Assembly (NCBI GenBank): GCA_965153455.1
Contig: OZ234493.1
Span: 21,938,213 to 22,002,212, forward strand
Length of the DNA stretch: 64,000 nt
From: Sphagnum compactum
Lineage: Eukaryota
Direction: 5' to 3'
A program made the position numbers and the translations under genes. A model generated the notes under the pieces. The model worked only from the letters and a program-made list of their open reading frames with translations. It made no database searches and was not told where the DNA came from. This document shows positions 1 through 11,997 of this stretch, piece by piece. The stretch's first letter is position 1. The number at the start of each line of letters is the position of its first letter.

Positions 1-3000
1 TGCCTCCAGCCCGTCCATTACTGGCATGCACACATCCTGCACACCCACCACCAAGGCTATTCATCCGTAAACTTTGACAGGATGTTTCAACACACAACCT
101 AGACATTCTACCCACTAGTCAAGATGGAAGAGAACTGCAGGAGCAAAGAGACTTACCATCAAAATGAGATCATACGAATTCCGTTGAAGTGCCTGAATGG
201 CGTCTGCCCCATTGTTTGCAACCTCAAGCACATGCCCAAGCTTTGTTAGCATTGACTGAGCCACCATTACATTCACTTTGTTGTCCTCAGCCAGAAGGAT
301 TCTTGATGGTTTTGGCTGACTCCCAGAGCCTTGTGAGAAAAACCCCTCCCTCTCACCCTCTGACCCCTTTGTCATGTTTTTTTTCAACCCCCTTACTGGA
401 CCTGTCTGAGATGGAGACTTTGCTAGTGATGTTTGTCCTATTGGACGCTGGTTTTCACTGCTTCTAGTTCCCACAGGATCTGAGGATTGGCTACAGACGT
501 TATTTCCTGTGCTTGTGCTACTTGTCCTTGACTCAGGCTCTTCCTCTGGTCTATTAACAAACAGTTGAGGCTTTGTAAGACTTGACCGATCAGATTTAAT
601 TGCACCTGCTCTACGACCATCCATTCTAGCTCTGGGCAAAGGACCTAAACTTGGTTTTCCAACTGTAACAACACGTTCAGTATCAGATCTAATTGTCCGT
701 GGGGCATTTGATGAAGGCATGTAGCGACCATCTGTAGCAGGGGAGACAACTGTGGAAGTAGGTCTTCTACTTTCAGAGCGGGAGGATCGAGGTCGTGTTG
801 AAGTAGGGTAGCCACTTGCTGAGAAATCAGGGTAGCCACTTGTTTTTCTAAAGCTAGAATAGTCTTGGGTTTTTCTACCAGAACTCCGTTCTTGCTCATT
901 GGACATCATGCCATATACATTATCATTTGCTTTTCCAGAGCTGCTGCTTGGCTTCTGCTCTGCAACTTGAAGTGGCAATGTAAACGAAAATGTGGAGCCT
1001 TCATTCACTTTACTGCGGACAGTTATACTCCCTCCCATCAACTCAACCTACATCTCCACAAGATGACTCAGCACCGATCCATCCATCACACCATCACAGT
1101 GTCTTTCATTAAGAAACATTGCCAATTTGAATTCACAAAGACAATTCCTGAAACTACACATTTAGCTTGATCAAAAGACTGATCTGTGAGGTTGCAAAGA
1201 AAACTCCAAAACAAATCTTTGAAGCTAACACAACACCAAGTGCAGACATACCCATATGAGAGTCACCCACAAAGCGTCAGCTGGCTCAAAAGATGGCACA
1301 GTATATCTTCATTCGCAAAATGCACACATCTGGGATCCTGGTCATTTTTCAAAGATAGATTGTGGGAAGGAAATAGCACCGATATTTACCAAATTCTTGC
1401 AGATTGCTAAGCCCAGACCTGTTCCACCATACTGACGTGCATGTGTGGTGCTTGCCTGTGTGTATTTCTCAAACAACTTTGGAAGTGCTGCTTCTGCAAA
1501 AACACACCAAACATGTTGTCATCAAGATGACAGATGAACCCTTCGCCAATGGTATAACTAAACCTTCTTGTGAAATGCACACTCCATGATGGCACTAAGT
1601 AGGTCCATTCCAACAAATGAGATTCTGGGATAGTCCAACCCTAGAAAATGTTGATCTTTTGATGCATGCAGATCTGCTACCTCTAAGGTCCTCAACCCTC
1701 CTGCAACTTAAGGAAGCTAAGATGTGTGAATTGGCTGCTTGATCACCTTGGAGCAGTGGATACGTGTGCCATGATTTAGTGGCCAAGAGAAAAGGGTAAA
1801 ATTTTGTTTCAGTATTTTCTTCCTAAATGTTCCAGAGTGTCAGGGTTGATACCTGGAATACCAATCCCAGTGTCACACACTTCACATTGGAGCCAGATAG
1901 TTTCTCTGGTACTTTCAACAGTTTCCAAAGAAGTGGATGCTGAACTTGATTCTTCATGCCTGTCCTCCTTGCCTGTCTCAACAGACATTGCAGTTCGTTG
2001 GGGATCTGGTTCCCGTCTGTCATATGCTGGAGGATTGCAACTGAGTGGTTTCTTGAGATGTGAGCTCTCTTGCAAGGAAAGATTTTCTAAAGCCACCCAA
2101 ACATCTCCACAATCCTGTTCATTGCACTTTGCTTTCACCAGATTGGATGGAGGTGGCACTACCCGCACGATAATTTTTACACTCCCCTTATTTGTAAACT
2201 TGATAGCATTGCTGTTCAAGCACAACAAACATGAAAACAGGGCAATCCCACAGATTAACAATTGTCTCATACGAATTGAGAAATCTCCATCCTCAAATGA
2301 ACAGATGGACATGACTGCATGTACTGTTCAAGACACATGAGATATCGAACAATCCCAGGAATTCTCTAAAAGTAGCATTCAAAACTTGTGATGGGAACAA
2401 GGATGTGAGGTCTGTGTCCATGTCAAAGAAATCCATATTTTGGCTTTCCAAAAAAAAAACACTCCCAGCTTTCTGTCTATGTCAGTTATATATTTGTACC
2501 TGACTAAATTGGTGAAAACTTGTCGGATCCTTAGTACATCTCCTATAACCTGACAAGAAGTTTGCAATTTGTTAGTCTGGTATCAAGTACTATTTGCCAA
2601 TGCCATGTAGACACGACAGAAGAGAACTCAGGATAACCACTCATAGAAAATAAGAATCAAGAGAGACAGCATCCATTAATAGAGCAAAGGGATCAAGCCA
2701 TCCAACAAAAGCATGATTCTGTGAAACTGAGAATAGGACATGATGCCTTGAGGAAGAGAATGTTAAGGCTCCAACCTCAGGGGGCACATCATCATTAACA
2801 CTCTCTTGTAAATCAAGGCGTTTATTTTGTACTGATGCAGCTGCTGTTTGCAACACATGCTTCACCACCTCCCGGAACCGGAACTTCTTTGCTTCAAATT
2901 TCATTGCACCTTTCAAAAAAGAACCAACACAAGACTCAGAACAAGATCCTACATCACAGAGAGCTCAGCAAACAGGAAGCAGAGGGGTCATAGGCGAGAA

Positions 3001-4965
3001 TAGTGTCATAGAACTACAAAGAAAAGCAATTGATGTAGAGGGGATATAAGTATACCTGATTCGACTTTAGAAAGATCGAGAATGTCATTGATAAGCTGCA
3101 AAACAAGGTCACCAGAGGACAACATAACATCCACAAGCTGACGCTGCTCTGCATCAAGACATGTGGTGGCCAACACCTCTGCCACACTGACTACCCCTGA
3201 CAATGGCGACCGAATCTCATGTGACATTGTTGCTAACATCTGCTTTGCTCTCATTGTCTCCTCTGCATTTTCATACGCACACCCATTTTCATCTGAGAAC
3301 TAGCCTTCAAAGTGAATGCTGGTTCTATGTGGGACTTTGGCCTTCATGTCCCACAGTTCACATAACCATATGAAATGTTGATTTTGACAACCTTCTTCAT
3401 CAATTGAATACTTATCAACATCTTAAGCTGATCTCATCTGTAGTGTTGCTATCGAACTGAAATTCTCCACAAATGAGAAAGTGGTTTCATACAAAACACA
3501 ACAACGATGACACATGAAGATGCATATACCTGTGATATGAATGGTCCTATTCAGTTCAGTTTCCATAGCTTTTTGCACGGCCCCTTCTTCTCGTAAGCAC
3601 ATCAACTGTTCTCGCTTATCTACCTGATCACTGATATCCACAGATATGTAATTCAACCCAATGGGTTGCCCTGATTTATTCATCACTGGCTCAAGTGCAA
3701 TCAGGAATGTCTTCTCTCCAAACAGGTCAGTGTTGAAAGTGAATTCTCGTTTCTCTGGCCAACCCTTCCGCATCACCTCCTTTTTGAATTCCACAAACTC
3801 CATAATTCCTACCCCACTTAAAATCTCCATATCTGTCTTCCCAATCACTTCCTGTGTCAATCATAAAACAGGAGTCATAACACAACATGGAGCTAGACTT
3901 TCAGCTCACACTGCACAAGCTCTTTACCTTCAAGTTGGAAAACCATGGCACCCAGTCACTCCTCAAAGCAAATGTGTACGCATCATTTCATACCATGATA
4001 TTACAATGTTGCTGATTGATTCTGGTAGATATAGAGATTATGAGAAAAGGCAAACATACCTCTTCAGTCAGTGTTGGAAAGGCGTTGTAAATGAAGCGAT
4101 ACCGCAACTCTGCATCCTGCAAGGCAGCACATATTTGTTGAGGTAATTTCAGATGCTGATTTTGCTAGTTAACTGGAGTGTTGAAGAGAGAATCACAGAC
4201 AGATGGGGAGAGGGCAGTAGGAAGAGGGAAAAAAAAAAGAAGAAGAAGAAGAAGAAGGACCTGGTGGGCTATGATGATAGGTGCCTTTTTGAGACAAAAT
4301 CTCAAGAAATCATCAAAACGATTCGGCTGCAGCCCCAGCTCCTCCAAATGTTGCATTGGTGAGGCCGCAGATGTGAATTCCTGCAACCTTTTCTCCAAGA
4401 TCTCTTCTCTTCGAATGCTTTCAGCCAACAGCTTAGAAAACCCTCTTGCCCGGTCCCGCCAATATTCAACTGAATGATCCCCTTCCAACTCTGAAGTAGA
4501 GCATTCACTTGTTGGCAGTGAGCTCCAAGAACCAGGCCCATCATCACCAATAAACAGATCAGACCGAGGAAGAGATTCCTCACTCACATTCCATCCATCT
4601 TCCGGATTGTAAGATGACTCATAAAGTTGTTCGTCAAGGATCTGCACTTGTAGTCTTTGGGCCTCAAGCCTCTGCATGTTCAAGGTCTGAAGCTGCTCAT
4701 TTAGAAGGCTCACAGCATGTGCCTGCCTGTTTTCATAGAGCTGTGCCAAAGAAGACTTTTGTATTTCTCCTAATTCACTTTGCTCAATCAACTCATGCAA
4801 GTGATCAGAGTCTGCAAAAGCATACTCCTTGCCAAGTGCCAGATTGTCCTTCTCCACTTCTTCAGGTTCAAGATTACGCCGCAACCCCAGGTGCCTTTTG
4901 GCAACCAGAGATGCTGGCCACAATTCATAACCCTCCATCTCTGGAATGTCTGTATCATTGCCCAT
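1..4965 (-). CDS. AHK5: Cytosolic hybrid histidine kinase, AHK5/CKI2-like (coiled-coil + PAS-like region, HisKA, HATPase_c, receiver domain); 3' end beyond window
   Basis: Exons (minus) 4965-4261, 4116-4060, 3851-3530, 3262-3056, 2909-2776, 2549-2500, 2211-1853, 1493-1390, 1047-157, 36-<1. All junctions are GT-AG and the frame is preserved (955 codons in window). H-box [14 protein letters not shown]-box NAIKFT, G1 DTGIGIP, G2 [10 protein letters not shown], receiver [10 protein letters not shown]...[16 protein letters not shown]. No transmembrane segment. The N-terminal half follows Arabidopsis AHK5 as I recall it ([50 protein letters not shown]). Confidence 0.93.
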
Positions 4966-5735
4966 CTAGATATCTGTGCTCTCAATCAATGTCCATCAAC
5001 TTGGGGAAACCTCTGACCTAGAGCCTTTGCTATCTAAATGTAACACCAGTCTGCCATCAAAGCTCCCATCAAGCTCCTTCACAAAACATTCATCTGTGCA
5101 TCAGCAGGTGTCATACTACCTATGTTTCCACAATCCTGAACAGCACCTTGCTGTACTGAGGAGTGCAGCATCTTTCAAGGTCACAAACCCAAATAGACAA
5201 TAACCCTTGCATCTTCGCAAATGTTTGAATTTTCCTTGCAGCCTCCTTTTAAGAAAACTCTTCTGCTTTGTTGCAACAAATGTACTCTTGAAAGATTTCT
5301 CTTAGCAATAGAAATCACAGGGGCTGAGGTCTGGTTGAAGACTTTGCCCTAATCAACGTCTAATAATTCTCCTTTCAGCTGAATAAGATGAATCTGTAGC
5401 TGGCACAAAGTAGAAAAATTCTGCCAGTGTAAGACACAGGAATGTAAGAAACTGGAATGCGGTGTTGTATGAATGACCAACAAAATGGCATCACCAAAGG
5501 AAGCACTTTTTGCTGCAGTTCAACAAATGGAAATAGTACTATCTGAATTTTTTTCCTCTAACAACCCCCTATTTCTTCCTGCCAGATGATCACTCCAAGA
5601 CACCACTCTACTACTCTGTGCCACTAGAATTTGCAAAAAGAAACCACCACCGACATGATTCCAGGTAACTAGAATTTGCGCAATTGACCCTTTAGCAATT
5701 AGCAAAAACCCCAAGATTGAGATCAGAGTATGGTG

Positions 5736-5738
<3 letters not shown>

Positions 5739-5802
<64 letters not shown>
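5739..5802. repeat. (CT)n microsatellite, ~32 units, in the probable 5'-UTR intron of the histidine kinase
   Basis: Perfect ct run read directly; a shorter (GA)n run lies at ~6673-6701. Confidence 0.95.
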
Positions 5803-5804
<2 letters not shown>

Positions 5805-6669
5805 TTACCTTATATTCAAATCAAAGCTCCAGATTTTCACATCCTCCAAAGCTTACTCTTAACCTGCCAATCATCAAAAATCTGTCAACAAACATTTCAA
5901 AACAAACCTGACCCAACTTTTCTTTTAAATAAAAATTTAACTTAAGAAAAAAAACAAGAACAAACAAGCAAACACTGATGATGGTCTATGATGCAAAGCA
6001 AGGAGTTTTCTGGCAAAACTCCTAAGACCCAAAATACCACTTCTTTGGATCTGAGTGGATTCGCAGGTCAGCTTCTGGTTACCTAAGATGTTCGGAAGAT
6101 CGGGAGGGAAAAAACCCCAAAGGAAAAAGAAGGACCCAAAACTCAAAAAAAAAATAGAAAAAGAGCTTGGATGTTCAATCAAGCTCACTTCCTCAGCTAA
6201 GCCCTAAACGGAGCGTCCTCTGTTTTTTTCTTTTTCTTGAAAACCAAAAACCACAACAAGAACAAGAACAACATGATATGCTAATCCAATCCAAATATAT
6301 CATCTTCTTCACACACACATAAGAACAAATCTGTATCAGATCTATGTCTTGGGTGGTGCTGGAAGAGCAGGAGCCAAGAGAAGAGAAGAGAAGAGAAGAT
6401 ATTCTCTCGCTTGTGGCAAAAACCAAATAGGTAACTAGAGAACCCAAACTTGAACAGTTTAAAAGAGTTTCTGTACAAAGGAAGAAGCTTAATTCCCAAA
6501 ACACTCACTCCATTTTCCCAGCACAACAACACAGAAAGAAAAACAAAACCACAAGCAGGTTTTATTACCTGATGAAGCTGCTGTCGACATGAAGGAAGAT
6601 CTGTTCTCTACGTACTGTAAAATAACTGCAATCTTTGGTGGCAACAAACAAAAGGAGATGGGAGGGGGA

Positions 6670-6707
<38 letters not shown>

Positions 6708-6944
6708 TACTACGGTTTGCAAAAGAGGGGAGGAGGAAGGACTTGCACGGAAGAAGTAGGGAGCAGATTCGTCCTCTCCCGTCAACGACGGGCAACGTCC
6801 AAACGTAAGCACCCGCTGTTTGGGGAAAAATAAGGGGGTTGTTTGGTGGGGAGTTTGGTCAGGGTTTTTTTTATTATTAATTTTGTTTTTCGTCTCCATA
6901 TTGCGAAATTCCCCCTTCCCCCCAAAACAAAAACACTTTTTTCG

Positions 6945-7510
6945 CAGTGTTTTCTTTCTGGCAATTTTGTATTATTGTCAAAATGGCGATCATCCACAGG
7001 AAGATTTAGCCAAATTCGGCTAAAAGCTAAATATTAAAGTAAATTTTTTAAAACATATTTTTATATTTCTGGCTAGCTTCTTGAACGCCGTAAATGAAAT
7101 TTGGCAATTTTTTCTTAAATTTTGGTCGAATTTTGGCTATTGCAATTTTCAAGAAGCACATGATTTTAGCAGTTTCCATTTTTTTTTAATATAGCAATTT
7201 CGCTATATATATATATAACCAGCCCAAAAAAAGGGCTTGTGATATAACTGAACTGGCGATCATCCATAATAGAGTTTAGTCAAATTTGGCTATAAACAGG
7301 ATTTTGCAATTAAAAAAGTTTAAGATTCCTTCACAATTTTTTGGCTACAAGCTAGAACCCGATAGAGAAATCTGGCGACATTTCAAAAAATTTGTAAAAA
7401 TGTGGCGACTAGAAACCCAGAAAATAAAAATAAATAAATATATATATGGGTTTAGCCATATTGAAATTTCTTTTAACCAAATCGATAAGTTTAGCCAGAA
7501 CAAAAGGCTG
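6945..7510. repeat. Two adjacent copies of a dispersed AT-rich repeat family with core TGGCGATCATCCA...TTTAGCCAAATTTGGCTA
   Basis: Cores at ~6983-7022 and ~7254-7292. Related copies at ~51180-51250 (-), ~52660-52960 (+) and ~53190-53277 (-). Confidence 0.65.
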
Positions 7511-10500
7511 GATTTGGCAACAACTCGCCATAGATACCTATGTAGGCCCACATGAGTTCCATTTGTTCTTTTTTTTTAAATTTTTTTTGGGGGGCTTTTT
7601 TTAATGGGATTTTGGGTCATCTAGAATCTGATGAGTCTTTGGCAAAAATATTATTATTTTCAGGAAATTCCAAACAACAAAATTGTGGGAAGGAAAAATA
7701 TTAAAAATTCAAGAGATTTTCTTTTAAACGAGAATTTCAAAATTAATTAATTAATTAATTAATTGACAGAAGAAATGTGTCAAAGTTGCCAAAGTAAAAC
7801 AGAAATTGGAAATTTGGTAAAAATTTCCCAAAAAACATAGCAATTTTTTTACAATTACATTAGAAAAACACATATTTTTCACCTTTTTTCTTTTAAAAAT
7901 TTACAAAAAAAATTCCAATGAAAATCATTGCTGAGTCTACTTTAAATATATTTACATTTATGACTTTTTGTTACATTTATGTCTTCATCTATTACATTTT
8001 AAGGTTTTTTTGTGGTGAATTTTCGCTATTTCTGAATTTTTAGATAATATTTTTGAAAATAAATGGTTTTATAATTGTAAATATTGTGTTTTTTAACCAA
8101 AATTTTGCATGAGATCAAACATTGGAAAAATAAATTAAAAATTAAAATTGCAAATGGATGACCATTGACATCATCATGGTACATCCATTCTTTTCTATTA
8201 TTTTGGTTCAAGTTTTTTTTTAATAAAAATTTTGGGATCTTTTTGCTCACACCTCCAAAAAGAAAAAAAGAAAAAAGAAAAAAGGAAAATAAAATCTTCA
8301 TTTTGTGTTTTTTGAAATACATTTCAATTTTTTTTTGTAAATGGAGAAAATTATATATTTTCCTCTTTTTTTTTCAATTTTGAAATTTGGACAAATCCTT
8401 CCCTTGCCAATCTCATACTTTTGTCATCTAGTGGTCAAATAACTCTATTTTGCAATTTATTATTCTCCCCACCCACCCCCCCCCTCCCCCCCCCCCCCCC
8501 CAAAACCCCCCAACAAGGCCTAAATTTCCCCATTGCATGTGAAATATGGTCATAGGGCTATTGCCCAAACAAAACAAGTAAATAATTTTTTAATATAAAA
8601 TAAAATAAAATATTAATAATAATAATACCTCATTTTTAATATAAAATAACATAAAATAAAATAAAATAAAAAGTAATACTTATCAAATGTTTTGAGGGGT
8701 GCCTTTTCCTTCCTTTGGCTTTTGGGCATTGTTGTTGTTTCTTCGGGCTTTCGACCTCGTGGGTCCTCTCTTTGTGTTCCTCCCCTTTCGCTTCGGAATT
8801 GGTGCTTTTTTCTAAAATAAAGTGAAGTTCCGAAACAAAAAAAAATTCAGGCGGTGTGGGACTAACTAGTACTACAACTTTCATGTACAAAAAGTTTTTT
8901 TTATTTATTTTTTATAAATTCCTTATCCATTTTGCAAGAAAAAAGACCCCACATACGTACACTCTTTTCCATGGTTTCGATATTCGGATATCTCTTTTTT
9001 TCTCCCTCGGGGGCACGCACAACAACAAACAACCCCCACCCCAAAAAAAAAAAAAGTCTCCAGTTTTTTTTTTTTTAATTAGGTTTTTCTAGGCCACCAA
9101 AAAAATAAAAATTAGAAGCAAATCCTAAACCCTAAACAACAATAGCTTAGGAAAAAATAAATTAAATTGATCCCCTTTTTTAGTATCTTGGTTTTGGACA
9201 TAACCCAAATTCTTAAGTCATGAAAATGGCCCTCCCCAAAAAAAAAAATTAAATTAATTAATTAGGAGTGTGTATTTAGTCCTAAGTTGTACCCTTTTTG
9301 AGGAAAAAGTCCCCCCCAAAAAAAATAATAAAGGGAAAAAGTTTTTCACTTTTTAACACCTGGAAACCCCTTTTTGTCTCATCCTATTTGGGTGTGTCAG
9401 GAGACCCACATCCAACGGTTCCCATTGAGCCACTTGTTCAGAAGTTGCTTGCCATGTGGCGTTTTTTGGGGTTCATGGGCTTAAAAAGGCCGGTTGGCCA
9501 TCCTTGTGTACTGGAGTGAGTGTGTGAAAAGGTACCCAACAACCGACCCTGCCAACTTAAGTTTGGACACTTGGCAACCCACAATCTCATGGTCCTCTTC
9601 ATGCCCACTTTTTTTTTTTTTTTTTTTTTTTTTTGGGGGTGAGTTTTTGTTTTACCCATTTTGGTTTTGGTCAGCCAAGGTACTTTCCTTTGCAATTTCT
9701 CCACCCCCCCCCCCCCCCCCCCCCTTAGATGGCATTTGAGGAATAGGTATGCCTATAGTTAAGGTAATCAAGGGGGGGGCAACCAAATGAGTGACCAAGT
9801 AAACTAGTCATCAAAAGTTAAACTAGTCATGTGCATGTTAAGTTAAAAGAAAATGCCCAATGTAAAGATATTGTCAAAAAAAAACAAAAAAAAATCTTTA
9901 TCCAAGAAAAATTTAGGGTTTAGATTCTTCAATAGTGGATTTTAGAGTTGGGAAAACCAAAGAAGATGACCAATTATTGAAATTGGAAAGAGAACTTGCA
10001 AATTACAAGCATTGGTTATTGGAAAATTTTGGGAGAGGAGAAGAAGTTTTCTAATAATTGGTGATCTTTGTAGCTCTATGAGATTTCAATTTCACTTGAC
10101 ACATGGAGATGAAATTTTTTTTTATCATTTTGTCACACTAATTATCCTACAAAAATGTTCAACCCTTGTGAAGTTCAAAGGATCATGCCATTGTGAAAAG
10201 GTTTCATGGCCTCATCACCCCAAATGTCCATGTGATGTCATACTTATTGACATTGTAAGAGGAGGACATCTAAGTTTCTCAAAATGTCGAGTATGCTTGT
10301 GTGTTCCTTACACAATTTCTTTTGTTTCATTCTTAGTTGTGTAAATTATAAAACATTTGCACAACACAAAGTACTTTTGGGAAGCATTTCATAAATGTTG
10401 CCCTACTTTCATATCGATTTCCATCTTTGCAATGTTGAATTTTTAAATTTTCTTCACAACAAATTTTTAATTTGATTATAGTTGTCGAAATTGGAGAATA

Positions 10501-11997
10501 TTTTGCACACACAATGTGCCTTTGGGAACCATTTGACAAATATTATTCTAGTTTCATTCTAATTTCTTTTTTTTTGATCACGCGAGTGATGTTGAAAAGT
10601 CCTTTCTAACAAGCACAAAAAACAAGAACAATTAAAGATTGTTTGTTAATGTCAAATGGGTAACTAAATAATGTCAATTTTCTTTTCAAATGCATGATTT
10701 ATGTTCATGACTTTTGTACATGTATTTCAAATTTCATTTTTTAATAATTGCAATGTTTTACATTATGGGTGGTATGAGTAGGAATTCTTCTCACTTCTAC
10801 AACAACGACGGTTCCAAAAGAGGTCAAAATATTATAACAAGTCACAAGAAAGGCGGAAGCTTTCAGGTTGCAAAGAAATTCTTTTTAAATCTCTTCTCAA
10901 CTTATACCCAACAATTTAGGGTTCCCAGGGGATAGGGATTCTACATCATGAGAATATTATAATAATAACAATCTTAAAAAAAGGTCTTTAAAGATTTTAC
11001 TATAGAAATGTGTGTTTCGTTATTAATACCCATGTGTCAAAGGTAAACCAAACCAATTCATTCAACTTTGCGATCAACATGTGACCTATAAATCAAACCT
11101 CCAAAAAATTAAATTGATTTCATGAAAAACAAAAAAATGATAGAATTGTACACAACAAACATTATAGAAAAAACGGAAAGTAATTGCTCCATGTGCAAGC
11201 TTGTAAATTATGCATGCCACCTTAATTTCCATTGAAATCAAGTTTTGATAATCATTTCTCATCTTATTTAGCTGTTAAAGCTCATATATAATCAACTAGG
11301 TGAAACAAGAATGTCCCTTTTGACATCTTGAAGTGTTTGATCGATCGTTCAGTGTTGTATTCAATTTGCAAAAACTTGGAGAAGCAAGCTTTGAATTTCT
11401 TGCTTTTACTAACCCATCTACATGCATTTACTAACTTGGTAGCCACCTATTATCCACCTACTGCATTTATCCTTTACAGGATGAACCAGAGGTAAACCCT
11501 AATTTGCGTCATTTTTCATTCACACGAGCATGTGGTAGAGCACACCAATTTGCATCACTTGGACTGGAATAATCATTCAAAGCACAGCCTAATTTTTTAG
11601 CATGACAAGCAGATGAGAAATGCATATCCAATTCAGAAAATTGCATATCCTGGATTCAATCAACGAAATTTTGAGTTATGGAAAGATGACGGCAAAGAGA
11701 TTGAAATAGTAACGTGAAGGTACAGGATTACCACTCTTTTCTTGGCATCACAAAAGTCGGCTCCTATTTACATTGCACCCGGGTTTTCCAATTTACAAGT
11801 CATGACTCCAACTCCATTGAATTGCCGTCTTCAGAACTATCAATGGCCACCAAGAATTTGACAGTGCATGGATACAAAGCAGCAGCTACTTTTACATACA
11901 ACAAACTTGTGATTCATCCACAAGCCAGAAAAAAATTCTCTAACTAACTAGCACTCAAAATGGCCTTTCGGTGCTTTCTTTTCTTTCCGGAAATTGC

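Noticed and set aside
5717..6899. SLSLSL-type ORFs
   Set aside because: Translations of (CT)/(GA) microsatellites and UTR/intron sequence.
8467..9725. Poly-C tracts as G-quadruplex elements
   Set aside because: Simple homopolymer runs in repeat-rich DNA, with no functional evidence.
9900..10950. Possible decayed transposase (a ...VCSLHNF-like fragment)
   Set aside because: Only one weak motif; cannot be supported without a homology search.
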